Shown here in pieces: positions 12,356 through 25,270 of a stretch of 64,000 nucleotides of DNA. Below the pieces are notes generated by a model, which worked only from the letters and a program-made list of their open reading frames with translations, was not told the DNA's origin and ran no database searches. The position numbers and the translations under genes were made by a program. This stretch comes from the human T2T-CHM13v2.0 reference genome, Homo sapiens. Position 1 is the stretch's first letter, and every line of letters starts with the position of its first letter. Where the stretch lies: assembly GCF_009914755.1 (NCBI RefSeq), contig NC_060929.1. One strand, given 5' to 3'.

Positions 12356-12498
12356 TTGTCAACACATTAATCTCACACTTCTAGCCCCCAGAACTGTAAA
12401 GGCAACACATTTCTGTTGTTTAAGCTACATAGTTGTGAGTACTTTATTTTGGCAGCCCTAGCAAACTAATATGCCTAGTAAATCACAAATCAGTGGCC

Positions 12499-13636
12499 TG
12501 TCAACCTAAAATAATTGAAGTGATCTCATTGCCTGAGGTATCACCTGAAGTTCTTTGTCTCATGACCAAGAAAACTAAGGAGGGTGGACACCAAGGGTGA
12601 GGTTGATGCAAAAGTTTAATAAGCGAAAGAAGAAAGTTCTCCATTGTGGAGAGGGGACCCAAAAGAGGATTGCTGTTTCACAGTTGAATACAAGGACTTT
12701 TATAAACAGGCTGGTGGGACATGATGCTTTATTTGCATAAGGCACAAAAAAACTGGTCAGGACTAAGTGTTTCATTTGCATAAGGCACAAATTCCTGACA
12801 GTTTCACCCTGTCCCTCTAGTGCACATGTAGGCTTTTAGCCTGAGTTACTTCATGTTGTTCAACTTTCTTTTTTGCACATGTGCCGGGGGTGGAATTTTC
12901 CATTGTGGATGTGCCTGATTCTGTGTATCTTATCTGTGAAACTGCATATTTAGGCATATTTTAGGCAAAACCCCTGTGCAGGTTCTCTTATCTGAGTATG
13001 TCCAAAAAAGGGAAGGGATGTGCTCACTGAAACCCACTGTGTATATGTAGAACTTGCTGGCTACACAAAAGGCATTTTTTTTTTTTATGTTGGGCCTTGC
13101 TTCCTTATCTATGCATGTAGCTTGATCTTTCAGGCTGCTCTTTTTGTTAGAAAAGAATTCTTCTGAGGACTTGTCCTAACTATCTGCCTAACTTGTTTCT
13201 TCCTCTCTCCTCTCTCATAATCACAAAGGTCAGAATCTAATTTCAAAAGAGTTTATTCAAGTGCAAAGGTAGAGGACTGCAGCCTGGGACATACTCCCAA
13301 GTTGCCTTTGCGAGTGCTCCTGAGAACAAAAGAGAAGCTCACATTTTTAAAGAAAAAAAGGGCAAATCAGGAGGGGGGCAATTGTTTGACAGGAATTCTC
13401 ATTGGTTCACAGAAATAACATTGGTTAGTGATTATTCAACTATAAGGTAGATGGCATTGCATAGCTACTCAGCTATAAAATGACTTGGTTGTCTAAAGCC
13501 CACATAGCAAGTGCTTAAAGAGGTAGTAGTTCAAGGTAAAAGCTTAACGGTGATGGCTATTAATTTTCAATGCCTTTCTGGGCCTGATAACTTAAAGGGG
13601 CTCGCATTCCTCAGTTAAAAGTTTTTTTCTTTCTTA
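12499..13636 (-). mobile_element. ERV1 MER4-group solo LTR (MER65/MER57-like), split by MER61
   Basis: TGTCAACCTAAAATAAT|CACAAAGGTCAGAATCTAATTTCAAAAGAGTTTATTCAAG... Near-TSD GGCC/GGCA. Confidence 0.6.
12516..13217 (-). mobile_element. MER61-family ERV1 solo LTR
   Basis: The reverse complement is homologous to 9643-10214. Perfect TSD TAAT (12512-12515, 13218-13221). Confidence 0.8.
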
Positions 13637-13799
13637 GGCACTCTGTAATAATGGTCACAGATGTGTCTTTACTTGAGAACAAGGCCCTTGAAATGGCACT
13701 ACAAAGCTATAATCAGAGTCAGTGCACACCATCAAGCTGGCATATATGAGGAAAGAGCCACAGAATACCTTTAAAAGGATTGAATAAACCCTCCTGAAT

Positions 13800-14160
13800 G
13801 GTTTCTAGTCAGTTGCAAGTGGCGAACCCAACTCCACGCAACTGAAAGAGCAAGTTACTGTCTCACACAACCAGGAAGGACAGGGAAGTGACTGGGGAAG
13901 ACTACAGCCTGGGCCCCAAGGTCTCCTGGGCTTTTTCCACCACTCTCTCTGCTGCCAGCATCATTCTTTTCTACCCACATGACACAGAGCATGACCCCAG
14001 ACCACTGCTAACAACTTTAGGCACCAAGAGACAAAAACAAGCTTTTTTTTCAGCAGCCCCAGCCAGGAAAATCCCTGGGGAGGCTTCAGCTTGGCCCAGC
14101 CAAGTCACACACCCACAACTGTGGTCTACAGAAGGGGTGGGGGCTACTGGACCAAGCAAT
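13800..14160 (-). mobile_element. Old MaLR LTR fragment (MLT1K/L-like)
   Basis: agttgcaagtggcgaacccaactc...aaatccctggggaggcttcagcttggcccagc...gtcacacaccca. Confidence 0.5.
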
Positions 14161-14635
14161 CACCATTGCTACTGGACATCCAAGGAACCCATAGTATATC
14201 ACCTACTGCATGTTCTGTGCACTTTAGATTCCAGGGACCAGTACACTGTTCCCTCTGGAGAGGAGGGGAAAAAATATTTTTTCTCTGCCTATCTTAGGTC
14301 CTCCGGATGGGGCCCTATAAATTAGGTTCACAAGAGACAGATCAACAAGAAAAAAACAAACAGAAGTTTACTAACACGTGGATCATGTCTCCACAAGGGC
14401 ACACCCAGTGACAAGCAACCCAAAGTGGTGGTGAAAACTTGGACTTATACAATATATCATCTTAAGGCTAAACAAGGCAAAAAGGAATTGGAACCTTGGG
14501 GCCGGGAAGGCAAGTTATGAGAAGGTAACCAGCAAAAGTATGGTAAACAAGAATCGTTTAGTAAGGTTGGTTGTGCAGATTGAAGTCAGTGCCATCTCTG
14601 ATGATAAGAGTTAAGAGTCCTGCTCATCCTGGTAG

Positions 14636-14985
<350 letters not shown>

Positions 14986-15045
14986 TAATTTCTTTTCTTT
15001 TTACAAAAAAAAAAAAAACTTGTACTCCATTTTTAAAGAGCTTTT

Positions 15046-15354
<309 letters not shown>

Positions 15355-15759
15355 CTAGGTCTGCTCATTCTCCATGGTTTTTAGTTCAAAATAATCTATC
15401 TGCCAAAGATCCAAAGATGCGTATTTAGGGGTAGCACATTTTGGTTCCCTTCACCACACTAGGATTCATACTTGGAACCACTGATCCTCCCTTGTGGAAG
15501 TAATTACGGTCACACTTTTTTCCTTTCTTAGAAATATGCAGGAAATGATTTAGGCCATTTGGACCACCCATGAAAGCCATCTGCATATGGGAGGAGTAGA
15601 GATGTCCACACAGGTGCTGATAGCATGACTTAGAAACACAGAGCACAGAACCTGACCAAAAGAACTCCTAACTGGAAGCTGCACTCTCCTTCCTTGTCAT
15701 GGATGAGGAGGGGTAGCTTTATCATAATTCTGTAGCCAAATCAAGGAAGTGCCTCCCAA

Positions 15760-16003
15760 ACAGCATGTGGTTAAGAACACATACTCTGAAGCCTAGGTTC
15801 AGATCCTTCAGATCCCAGCTCTGGCCCTTACACACTGCGTGACCTTGAGCAAGTTCCTTAACATCTCTGCATTTCCATTTTCTCATCTGTAAAAGGTAGA
15901 CTTTTCTCATTTTTTTTTTTGTAAAAATTATAGGAGTTGATTCCACATACCACCCTTAAACAAGTGTCTGGCACACTATGTAAATATTTGTTGTCTTATT
16001 ATT
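15760..16003 (+). mobile_element. MIR SINE
   Basis: gtggttaagaac...gtgaccttgagcaagttccttaacatctctg...ctcatctgtaaaa. Confidence 0.8.
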
Positions 16004-16017
16004 GATGTTGTTATAAT

Positions 16018-16270
16018 TCTGAAGAATGTGGACTTTGGAGTGGGATGGCCATTGTTCATACTGCAGCTCTGCGTCTTACTAAATGCAGCCTTGGGCAAGT
16101 TACTTAAGCCATCTGCTGCCTCAGTTTCCCCGTCTCTAAAATAGGAGTAATAATAGTTCTTTCCTTGTGGCATTGCTGTGAGAACTGACTGAGATCATAC
16201 ATGTAAGGTGCTAAGTAGTATGGTGCCTGGCACGTAGTGAACACTCTGCAAATGTTTGCCATTGTTATCC
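16018..16270 (+). mobile_element. MIR SINE (second tandem copy)
   Basis: ccttgggcaagttacttaagcc...cctcagtttcccc...gtgcctggcacgtag. Confidence 0.8.
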
Positions 16271-16424
16271 TGTGTTTAAATATATTCAGCCCTGTCAACA
16301 CATGCAGTTGTTAATACTTATTACATGCTCTCAATTGCTGGGGCTATGCTGGGGAATACAGGAGAAATTAGGGCTGGAAGTGACCTAGGAGACCTTGTCC
16401 AACTTTGTTACTTGTTGGATTTTA

Positions 16425-16749
16425 TTTTATTTTATTTTATTTTATTTATTTTTGAGACAGAGTCTCACTCTGTCACCCAGGCTGGAATGCAGTGGTACGA
16501 TCTCAGCTCACTGCAACCTCCCGCCTCCAGGGTTCAAGCGATTCTCCTGTCTCAGCCTCTGAAGTAGCTGGGACTACAGTTGTGCACCACCACACCTGGC
16601 TAATTTTTGTATTTTTTTAGTAGAGACAGGATTTTGCCATGTTGGTCAGGCTGGTCTCGAACTCCTGACCTCAGGTGAAAACGCCCGCCTCGGCTTCCCA
16701 AAGTGCTGGGATTACAGGTGTGAGCCACCGCTTCCGGCCGCGCCCGGCC
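16425..16749 (-). mobile_element. AluSx-like
   Basis: 15-bp TSD ACTTGTTGGATTTTA at 16410-16424 and 16750-16764. Confidence 0.95.
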
Positions 16750-18239
16750 ACTTGTTGGATTTTAACTCCGAGCTCTGAGCATCCACATCTTCATCAGCCG
16801 AAAGGGACTTGACCCGTCGGCTGGCTCCCAGGAGCAGCATCAGTGGCAGCAACTCAAACACGAAAACACTGGTTAAGAGGGTGGTTCATGTTATACCTCA
16901 AAAGTGTCTGGGTTTGCAGACAGCAAGCAACCAATTACTTGAAAAAATCTGGGAGGAGGCAGATCAGTTAGTATCTGCATAGTGAGGGAAAAGCACACTG
17001 CAAGAAAACGTCAAATCCATATGGGATTGGAGACGCATCACCATTAGGCAAGCTGGTCTCAATGTAAAACAGTTTTGCTGGATGAGATTTAGTGGGTGTA
17101 CTGGTGAGCCAAAGAAGGCTTGTGTTTTTCACTTCCCTGCTTTTTTTACTCCAACTTCTGTTGTTAGTTAGCATACGGTGTCTCAGATGTCTGAATGAAG
17201 TGTAAATTGCATTTGTGATATCTACAGCTAGAAATGATCTATTTAGGAAGGAGGGAAAAAAAACTGACACAAAATAGGATAGAGACCTGGTGCCTTTAAA
17301 AGGAATTGCCTTCAAGGTCCTGCAAAACAAGCTCTGACATTCAGGTGCCTTGCCAACCATGATCCCAAGCTGCTGTTCCACTTCCACACTTGGCAAAAGC
17401 CAGAATGAACAAAGGCAGCAACCCAACTGTCTTCATTCTTCAGTGGTTCCAACAGATGACATCATCTGTGACTGCGTTCCCCTTTTCTAATTATGGAAAT
17501 CAGACTTAGGAAATCAAAATCAGTCAGAATTGGCTACTTATCCAAACTCCTCTCTCCTATCTATAAACGTACACAACCAGCTCTCTTAAAAATTATTTTA
17601 TTTTTAAAGAGTGTGCAGTGCTGGAGTGGTGTAAGAGAGCAAAACAATAAAATATCCAGAAACAAAAATCCAGAATGGCATATGCTTTCCTGTGTGACCC
17701 TTTTGGGCCTGAATAGTGGCTCTTGTAAAAAGCTTCAAGTTTCCACCAGGTGTCCTGAATTTTCAGTCTCATTGGATTTTTTTCTTAATGTGGAAATTAT
17801 TGTTTTTCATCTTACAAGAGAATACACTTAAAAACCAGTCCTCAGTACCCTTTTTGGAGATTGAGAAAACAGAGCCAGTGTGGCTTAAACAATTCCCTTC
17901 TCCCCAAAATGGAGGCCGGTGAAGACCATGTGACAGTGGGTGTCTTCAGCCTGACACGTGATATCCTACTCCCAGTGACAGCATCCATGAAACAGAATGG
18001 CATGGAGAGCATCAGCACCCTGCATAAAGGACAGCATCCCTCTTCATCAGCAGTGTCTAACCATTCATTCACCCAGGAAAAACTTACTGCACACCTACCT
18101 TCTCCTCAGAACTAGAAAACGATGATGAATCAGACCTGGTTCCTCCACTGTAGTGAACAGAAAGGCCCATCTGTCTCCCGCCTCCTAGAATAGACACTAG
18201 GCTTCCAGCGGCTTGACTGTCATTGTTACTGTCTATGGT

Positions 18240-18715
18240 AAGCATTTGTCATTCATTTTTGGCAGCTCAGCATCTGAGCCATTCTTCAATATTATGGGCA
18301 GCCCCTTTTGATGTCTTGGTGGGAAGCATGAGCCACTTCCAGTGACAGACTCTTGCTTTTTTAGCCTCCTTTGCAACTTGAATTAAGACACCTACAAGAT
18401 GCCTAACCAGAGCATCTGTACTGGAGAGTGACTCAGGAGCTTCAGGGTCCACTGGCATCTACCCTACTGCAATGGAGGCAGAGGTGATGGTGACCTCCAG
18501 AGACAGTCACAGCAAGGTGGTGCAAGCAGCGGAGTCTTCTTAGGAATGGTTCTGCTGTGATATGGGAGGTTTATCCTGGCCACATGGGCTCCAGTCCTAG
18601 CTCTCTGGAGCTCCTGGAAATTTAGTTAATGACCTAATATTTTAATACACTTCTTACTGCTTAAATTGGCCAGGCTTGGTTTCAGCGGCTTGTGCTAAGA
18701 TCTCTGACAAATACA
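18240..18715 (+). mobile_element. Ancient ERVL-class LTR (LTR67B-like)
   Basis: The 3' end ...cttcttactgcttaaattggccaggcttggtttc...ctaagatctctgacaaataca is typical of old ERVL/MaLR LTRs. Confidence 0.45.
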
Positions 18716-19070
18716 TCCCCTCAGACCCAAGTCTACAGCAGATATCTCTCAGCACCTAAGTATAAGAGATAGTAATGTGGTAGTGTGGGCGGCAGAGAGA
18801 TTTGGGCAGAACGATGCAGAAAGCAAACCTTTATCTTTCTGCAAAATGTGTCAGAAGCTGACTCTACAAAATGGAAAGCTCTATTTGGCCTCAGACTTTC
18901 CATGTGACAATGCAGACATATGGCATTGGCCATAATACAAACATAGCATCCTTCAAGTTGCATATATTTAAATTAATCAAACTGCATTTTGTAATTCCTG
19001 TTGGTCCAGTAATCCTATTTCTAGGAACCTATTCCAAATAAATGAGCTATTGTTTCATTTCAAGAATATT

Positions 19071-19226
19071 TGTATTAGTCAAGGTTCTCCAGAGAAACAA
19101 AACTAATAGGATATAAACAGATATGTAGAAAGAGATTTATTGTGAGGAATTGCCTCATTCAATGATGGAGGCTTATAAATTCCATGATCTACCATCTGCA
19201 AGCTGGAGGCTTGGGAAAGCTGGTGG
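19071..19226 (-). mobile_element. MLT2 (ERVL) LTR, 3' part only
   Basis: tgtattagtcaaggttctccagagaaacaaaactaataggata. Homologous to the element at 58875. Confidence 0.8.
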
Positions 19227-19480
19227 GATGGTGCCTCATGCCTGTAATCTTAGCACTTTGGGAGGCCGAGGCAGGTGGATTGCTTGAGCCCAGGAGTTCA
19301 AGACCAGCCTGGGCAACATGGCGAAACCCTATCTCTACTAAAAATACAAAAACTGAGATGGGAGGACCACCTGAGCCTGGAAAGGTTGAGGCTGTAATGA
19401 GTCGTGATAGTGCCACTGCACTCCAGCCTGGATGACAGAGTGAGCCTCCCGTCTCAAAAACAAACAAACAAACAAAATAG
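19222..19480 (+). mobile_element. AluJ with an internal deletion
   Basis: The left arm and linker join directly to the mid right arm. (CAAA)n tail; no TSD seen. Confidence 0.9.
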
Positions 19481-19554
19481 AAAATATAAAAAATACATTT
19501 TGGTTTCAAAATATGAATTTTGGGGAACAGAAACACCCAAACCATGGCAACATC

Positions 19555-20448
19555 GAAGCTTCATTAGTAATTCTTAAAGATTAGTGGCAATGTGAAGCCT
19601 GAAACCACATCAATGAACATTTATCCTCTGTTATAATAAAACCCATTGGTCTACATGGACTTTGAGTGGCTCTTTTACCTGCATAATTTTGTAACACAAT
19701 GCACTGGTCATTTGGAAAATTTTGATCTTCAAAATGTTGGCACATTTTATTAATCAATATTTTAAAAATCACGTTTGTTAATATTATCATGGAGTTCATC
19801 CAAAAAAGGCTTTAATTATTTGTAAGCTGTCAAGCTCACAGTAGTGGATACAAGTTTCCCAAAATTCTTGTTTTTGCTGGAAAGCCCCAATTTTATTTTT
19901 GGCAACAAATACCGTCAGCTGGTTTTCCTGAAGTAATGGACACGGTTCATTTCTGAAAAAAAAATATTAGCCGAATATGCAAGTCTGAATAACCATTGTT
20001 TGTCCATCAGTTGTTCTTTCAGATAAAAATGCCGTTCTATGAAAAAAGGAGCAGTTCAGCTCACAGTTCAATGGCACAAATGCTGTTCCTCTAGACAACC
20101 AGTGAATATCAGTATGCAACCAAAGTGCTTGATGCGTGTCTCCCATTCCATCACGCAAAATATTTTAAAATGTGCATACTTTAAGGTCAAGGTTTAATAC
20201 AGTTACTGATTTTTTATTTCATTAACAACACTCTTATGTGACACTGGCTTTGTTTTTTCTATGAGTGAGTGGTGGTGGCTGTTTGACTATTACCCACTAT
20301 TGCATTTGCACCATCAGTGCAAATGTTAACACAGTGAAAAAGGCAGACAGCATCTTAGTATTATTATGAAAATAATTCTGACATCAGGATATCGTGAAAG
20401 AATCTTGGGGTCCCCCAGGGGTCAATAGACCTACTTTGAGAACCACTG
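19555..20448 (-). mobile_element. Charlie1-type hAT DNA transposon with a transposase remnant
   Basis: The minus-strand frame reads LWLHTDIHWLSRG, matching the hAT LLLHTEVRWLSRG motif. Terminal ...ctttgagaaccactg TIR. Confidence 0.85.
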
Positions 20449-20567
20449 CTCCAAACCTTGAAACCTTAAAGGAAGGGGAAGACTTTGACAGGCATCAAGA
20501 AATGAATGCCTGTGTCACAGTGGCCAGTTAGTGGAGGGGGCAGGACAAAGGCTAGGAAGGCAAGTAG

Positions 20568-20934
<367 letters not shown>

Positions 20935-20954
20935 TATCCTTGGAGATTTTAATA

Positions 20955-21170
20955 GCCATAGTTATCATTTGTTTATCACCAACTACGTGCCTGGCATTTT
21001 GCACACAGTAATTTGCACTTCACATTAATCCTGTGAGGCAAGTATTATCACTTCTATTTGGTGGAAGAGGAAGCTGAGAGTCAGAGCAGTTAAGTAACTT
21101 GCCCTAACTTGCAAAGCTAGCGACAGTAGAGAAGCCCAGGTAGATGTGGCTGCAAAGCTTGGATGACTTC
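20955..21170 (-). mobile_element. MIR SINE
   Basis: gaggaagctgagagtcagagcagttaagtaacttgccc. Confidence 0.75.
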
Positions 21171-21639
21171 CTTCATTCCCAACTTCCTCCCAAGCCATGT
21201 TTTTTAACCCTACTGAGTAGGATCCTGGAACATGTATGGTCCTAAAACATTTAGTCTGACATCAAACACTATGACTGTAAATTTTGTGTATTTATTCTGG
21301 GTTCCCTAAGGGCAAGGGTCAGGTCTATTTATATGCCCAGCATGCTGTGATCACTTAATAAATCTTTAACCACAAAGGTAGTGATTTTTATGGAGCCCAA
21401 CTCCTCCTAGATTCCTTTCAGCTTTCTGTGAGTTTAAAATGTACACACCTGAGTGAGAAGATTTTTTTTTCCCCAGGAGGGGCACGGACACCCATATTTT
21501 CTAAACGGTGACTGTGTTCCTCAGTGACCACACAGCTGCTTCGCCACAATCATTCCTGCATAATTGTAAGGTAAGCAAATCTTGTCTTCTTCACCTTTTC
21601 ACTTCCCCCTTCTTGAAGGAATGAATCTTACTCTGGAAG

Positions 21640-21830
21640 GAGATTGGACTTTGGAACAGGCTGACCTGAATTCAGATCCCAGCTCCACCACTGACAAACT
21701 GTGTAACCACTGGCAATGAATACAACCTCTCTCAGCCTCCGGTTCCCTATCAAAAACACCGTGGTAATACTGTTATCTTCAGAAAGTTGTTGAGAAGATT
21801 AAATAAAATTGTGTTAATAAACCAAAGCTC
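21640..21830 (+). mobile_element. MIR SINE
   Basis: ttcagatcccagctccaccactga...aacctctctcagcctccggttccc. Confidence 0.7.
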
Positions 21831-22232
21831 CTGGTGCCTTTTCTTTCCTCCACAATTCTCTCCCATCACTCAAACTATTTTTCAATCCAGCATTATCTAT
21901 CTATGCTCATACCATGAGTTAGCATGCTCACCTTGCTATTACTTTAGAAATTATCCAATAAGCTAATAAAAATAACAAATGCAAAGCCTTGTTGATAAAG
22001 CCTGCGTTTCACCTCAGTGGGAACTCTAAAATGTGTTCCTCGATGCAAAAGGTTTTAATGGGTTCCCTGGTCAAATAATTCTGAGAAACACTGCAAACTA
22101 AATCTTCCTTTATGGATGGGCCAGGTTAGCCTGCTAATGACTCTGGGAAGTCCCAGAGAAAAGAAAACCTGTTTAACTTCATAGAACAGCTAAAAAAAAT
22201 GTATGTGCACTGTTGAAGACTCTTTCCTGGTA

Positions 22233-22539
22233 CAGTGGTCCCCTCTAACCGACGGTTTCCCTTTCAGTCACTGGCAGTCAACCCCCATGGAAAAATAAGT
22301 AAGCACAGTACAATAAGACATTTAGAGAAAGAGAGACTGCATTCACATATTATTATAATTGTTCTATTTCATTATGATTTTATTAATCTCTTACTGTGCC
22401 TAGTTTATAAATTAAACTTTATCGTAGGTATGTACATATAAGAACAGCATAATATACATAGGGTTCGGTACTATCTGCGGTTTCAGGGATTCACTGGGGG
22501 TCTTGGAATGTATCCGTTGCAGATAAGCAGGGACTACCA
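22233..22539 (+). mobile_element. MER44A (Tigger7-derived MITE)
   Basis: CAGTGGTCCCCTC...GGGACTACCA termini with a TA TSD on both sides. Internal text matches my recall of MER44A. Confidence 0.85.
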
Positions 22540-24613
22540 TAATCATCCCCCCACCCTCACGAAAAGTTTCCCCTTAACACCATTTTAAGAAGCACTATCT
22601 TACTCCCAAACCTGTGATTCCCAAATGATGACATCTTAGGCATGGGGCAGTCACCAAGTAGACTAAGACACGTTAGCTCCCTTCTTGGGAGTCTATTGGC
22701 TCTGGATCTAAAAGCAAACCCCTAAAGGCTGGTACAGGTTGGACATCACATTGGTTTGATTGAAGGATAACTCAAATCTAAAACCTAAACATTTAAAGCA
22801 CTTTTCAGTTTACGAAGCATTTAAAAACACATCATCTAATTCAAATATGTTATTTCAGTTTTCCCCTAGAAAAGCCCTTAGATAGCAGTCAAGATATGGT
22901 TATCTCCTTCTATGGGTTATGATGTTAGGGCTCAGAGAGATGAAATGATTCCCCACATCCCTCAGTGAGGAAGTCACAGAGCTCAGGCTAACTGCAGACT
23001 TCTGGCTCGACTCCTGGGCTAATTCTAAAGAAGCCAGTACAAAAACCAAAACACACAACAACAAAAAGCCAGAAGAGAGGGAGTTGAGGGAAAGGAGGAA
23101 GAAAGGACAGATGCATGCAATGCTGTGTGTCTTCCAATCTAGTCATGAGCGCCATGTTGACATGCCTGTCTACCTCAGTGGCTTTTTCACCACCAACAAT
23201 GCTCTTCTCCCAAGAGATGAGTAGCCCCAGAAGGCAAAAACAGGACTCAAGAACTGCCAGGTTCCTGCTCCACCTGAGACCCCAAGCAGCCCTGAGGGCA
23301 TTGGAGGGAGAGGGGCTCCATCTCTACCCATCACAGCTGCTAGCCCTGAAGGTGAGAAATCAGCACTGATCAACAGTTACCTCCAAACCTTCCCAAATCG
23401 TGGCTCCCTCCCTTCCTTTACAGCATTTTCCCTGGCTCCCATTACCCTTGGCCAATGGACACCAAAAACCAGTGCACTGTCAGCCAGAACCATGTGAGTT
23501 CAGTACTCAAGACCTTATGTCTCTAATTCAAGTGTTAGCTGTCTTCTTCTGGATCATCAGCCCTCTTCCTAAAAGCCAAGAGAGGAAGGAGAGAAGAAGG
23601 AAAGGAGGAGAAGATGGGAGAAGAGAAGTAGTGATTATCTGTGGGTGGGACTCATTTCTTCCTTTTGATCTCAAGGGCATTTTCAGGATTTTGTAAACTC
23701 TTCGTGCTTACCGCTCAATGATGTCCTCTCCTTCCAATGCTTTATGTGAATAGGGCTCTGGCGTTACTTGTCGTAAGTCTTTTTTTTTTATTATACATTT
23801 TTTTATTTTATATTTAGATTATCTATTTTAATATTTTATATGTATTGGCCTTACAACAAAAATCTGAAGTCGCCCTCCCTGCTTTAGCAGTCTCTAGGTC
23901 ACTCTCACCTGTTGGAATAAACTGTGATTAATGTAATGAAGAGAAGAATGCACTGCAAACATGGAAATTCTGACTTACGCTATCTCTGAAAATAAGAGTC
24001 CTGGTTCTAGGCTCTGCTGGGCTTGGGTGCTCGCCCAGAAACTTGCCATTCCTGAGAGAAGAGATTTCCCAATAAACTTCACCTTACTTTTTGTGTTAAC
24101 AACAGCATACTTTTCTGTTCTGGTTCTTGTGACAAAAACTCTGGGTTTCTTTCCACGTAAGTCAGGGTAGGACAGTTAAAAAATATTTAGAAACATTGTT
24201 AGCATGACTGAAACTCACATTTTCAGGAAGCAGGGAGTGACTCTTTGTCTGGATAACAAGGTAGTTTCTTACATGGTAATTAATAAAATGTATTGTCACC
24301 AGGGAGGTAAGTCAGATGTTTACATTAATCAAAATATATCTAAACCTAGGAATGAGCAAAAATTATGTATTGTTAATTTTCCCACTGTAATTTTTTTAAA
24401 ACCCACTATATCAAATTTTCATTCGCTTTCTACATTCTAATATACCTATTTCGCACATGGAAAACATTTGCTATGAAATCAAAGAAACATACCATTTTTA
24501 TTTTATTTATTTGTGAGCTCAGTGTCTCCTAAGGAACATGACTAAAGAACTGAAGAGTCTTTTGTCTTTGTTTTTGTTTTTCCCTCAAGTTTATAAGAAT
24601 TTTTATAAGGAAT

Positions 24614-25270
24614 TGTATTTTTTTGCTAGGGCTGCCATAACAAAGTATCACAGATTGGTTGACTTCAGCTATAGAAATTTTTCACAATTCTGGAAGCTAG
24701 TAGCCTAAGATCAAAGAGTTGGCAGGGCTAGGTTTTTCTGAGGCCTCTCCTGGGCTTAAACATGGCCATCTTTTGCCTGTGTCTTCAGATGGTCTTACCT
24801 GGGTGCATGTCTGTGTCCCAGCTTCTTTTGCTTTTTTTTGTTTGTTTGTTTGTTTTTCTGAGATGGAGTCTTGCTCTGTCTTCAGGCTGGAGTACAGTGG
24901 CGCAATCTTGGTTCACTGAAACCTCCACCTCCCGGGTTCAAGTGGTTCTCCTGCCTCAGCCTCCTGAGTAGCTGGGATTAAAGGCACCCACCACCATGCC
25001 CAGCTATTTTTTGTATTTTTAGTAGAGACGGGATTTTGCCATGTTGGCCAGGTCGGTCTCGAACTCCTGACCTCAGGTTATCCGCCTGCCTCCGCCTCCC
25101 AAAGTGCCAACTTCTTCTTATAAGGACACCAGGCATATCAGATTAGGCCCACTCTATCAACCTCATTTCAACAATTACTTCTGTAAAGGCCCTGCCTCCA
25201 AATACAGTCACTTTCTGAGGTCCTGGGGGTTAGGACTTCAACATATGCATTTAGGGGGCACACATAATAG
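24614..25270 (-). mobile_element. MLT1A0-like MaLR LTR, split by an Alu
   Basis: gggctgccataacaaagta...cttataaggacacc...ttaggacttcaacatatg. Confidence 0.8.
24828..25106 (-). mobile_element. AluS, 5'-truncated
   Basis: Ends at ...cccaaagtg. TSD CCA(G/A)CTTCTT at 24818-24827 and 25107-25116. Confidence 0.95.

Larger units (their letters stand above)
9541..12473 (+). mobile_element. MLT1B/C-type MaLR solo LTR, split into three pieces (9541-9571, ~11364-11688, ~12356-12473)
   Basis: The pieces join into TGTTAAGGGTTGAGTTGTGTCCCC...ATGTTGAAGTCCTAA...GGCAGCCCTAGCAAACTAATA. The whole is bounded by a perfect TSD CCTAG (9536-9540, 12474-12478). Confidence 0.85.

Noticed and set aside
16968-17426. 152-aa minus-strand ORF in unique DNA
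   Set aside because: Non-ATG start, no codon bias and no recognisable motif.
19967-20158. hAT transposase ORF as a domesticated gene
   Set aside because: Only about 60 codons within a decayed, truncated Charlie1 relic.
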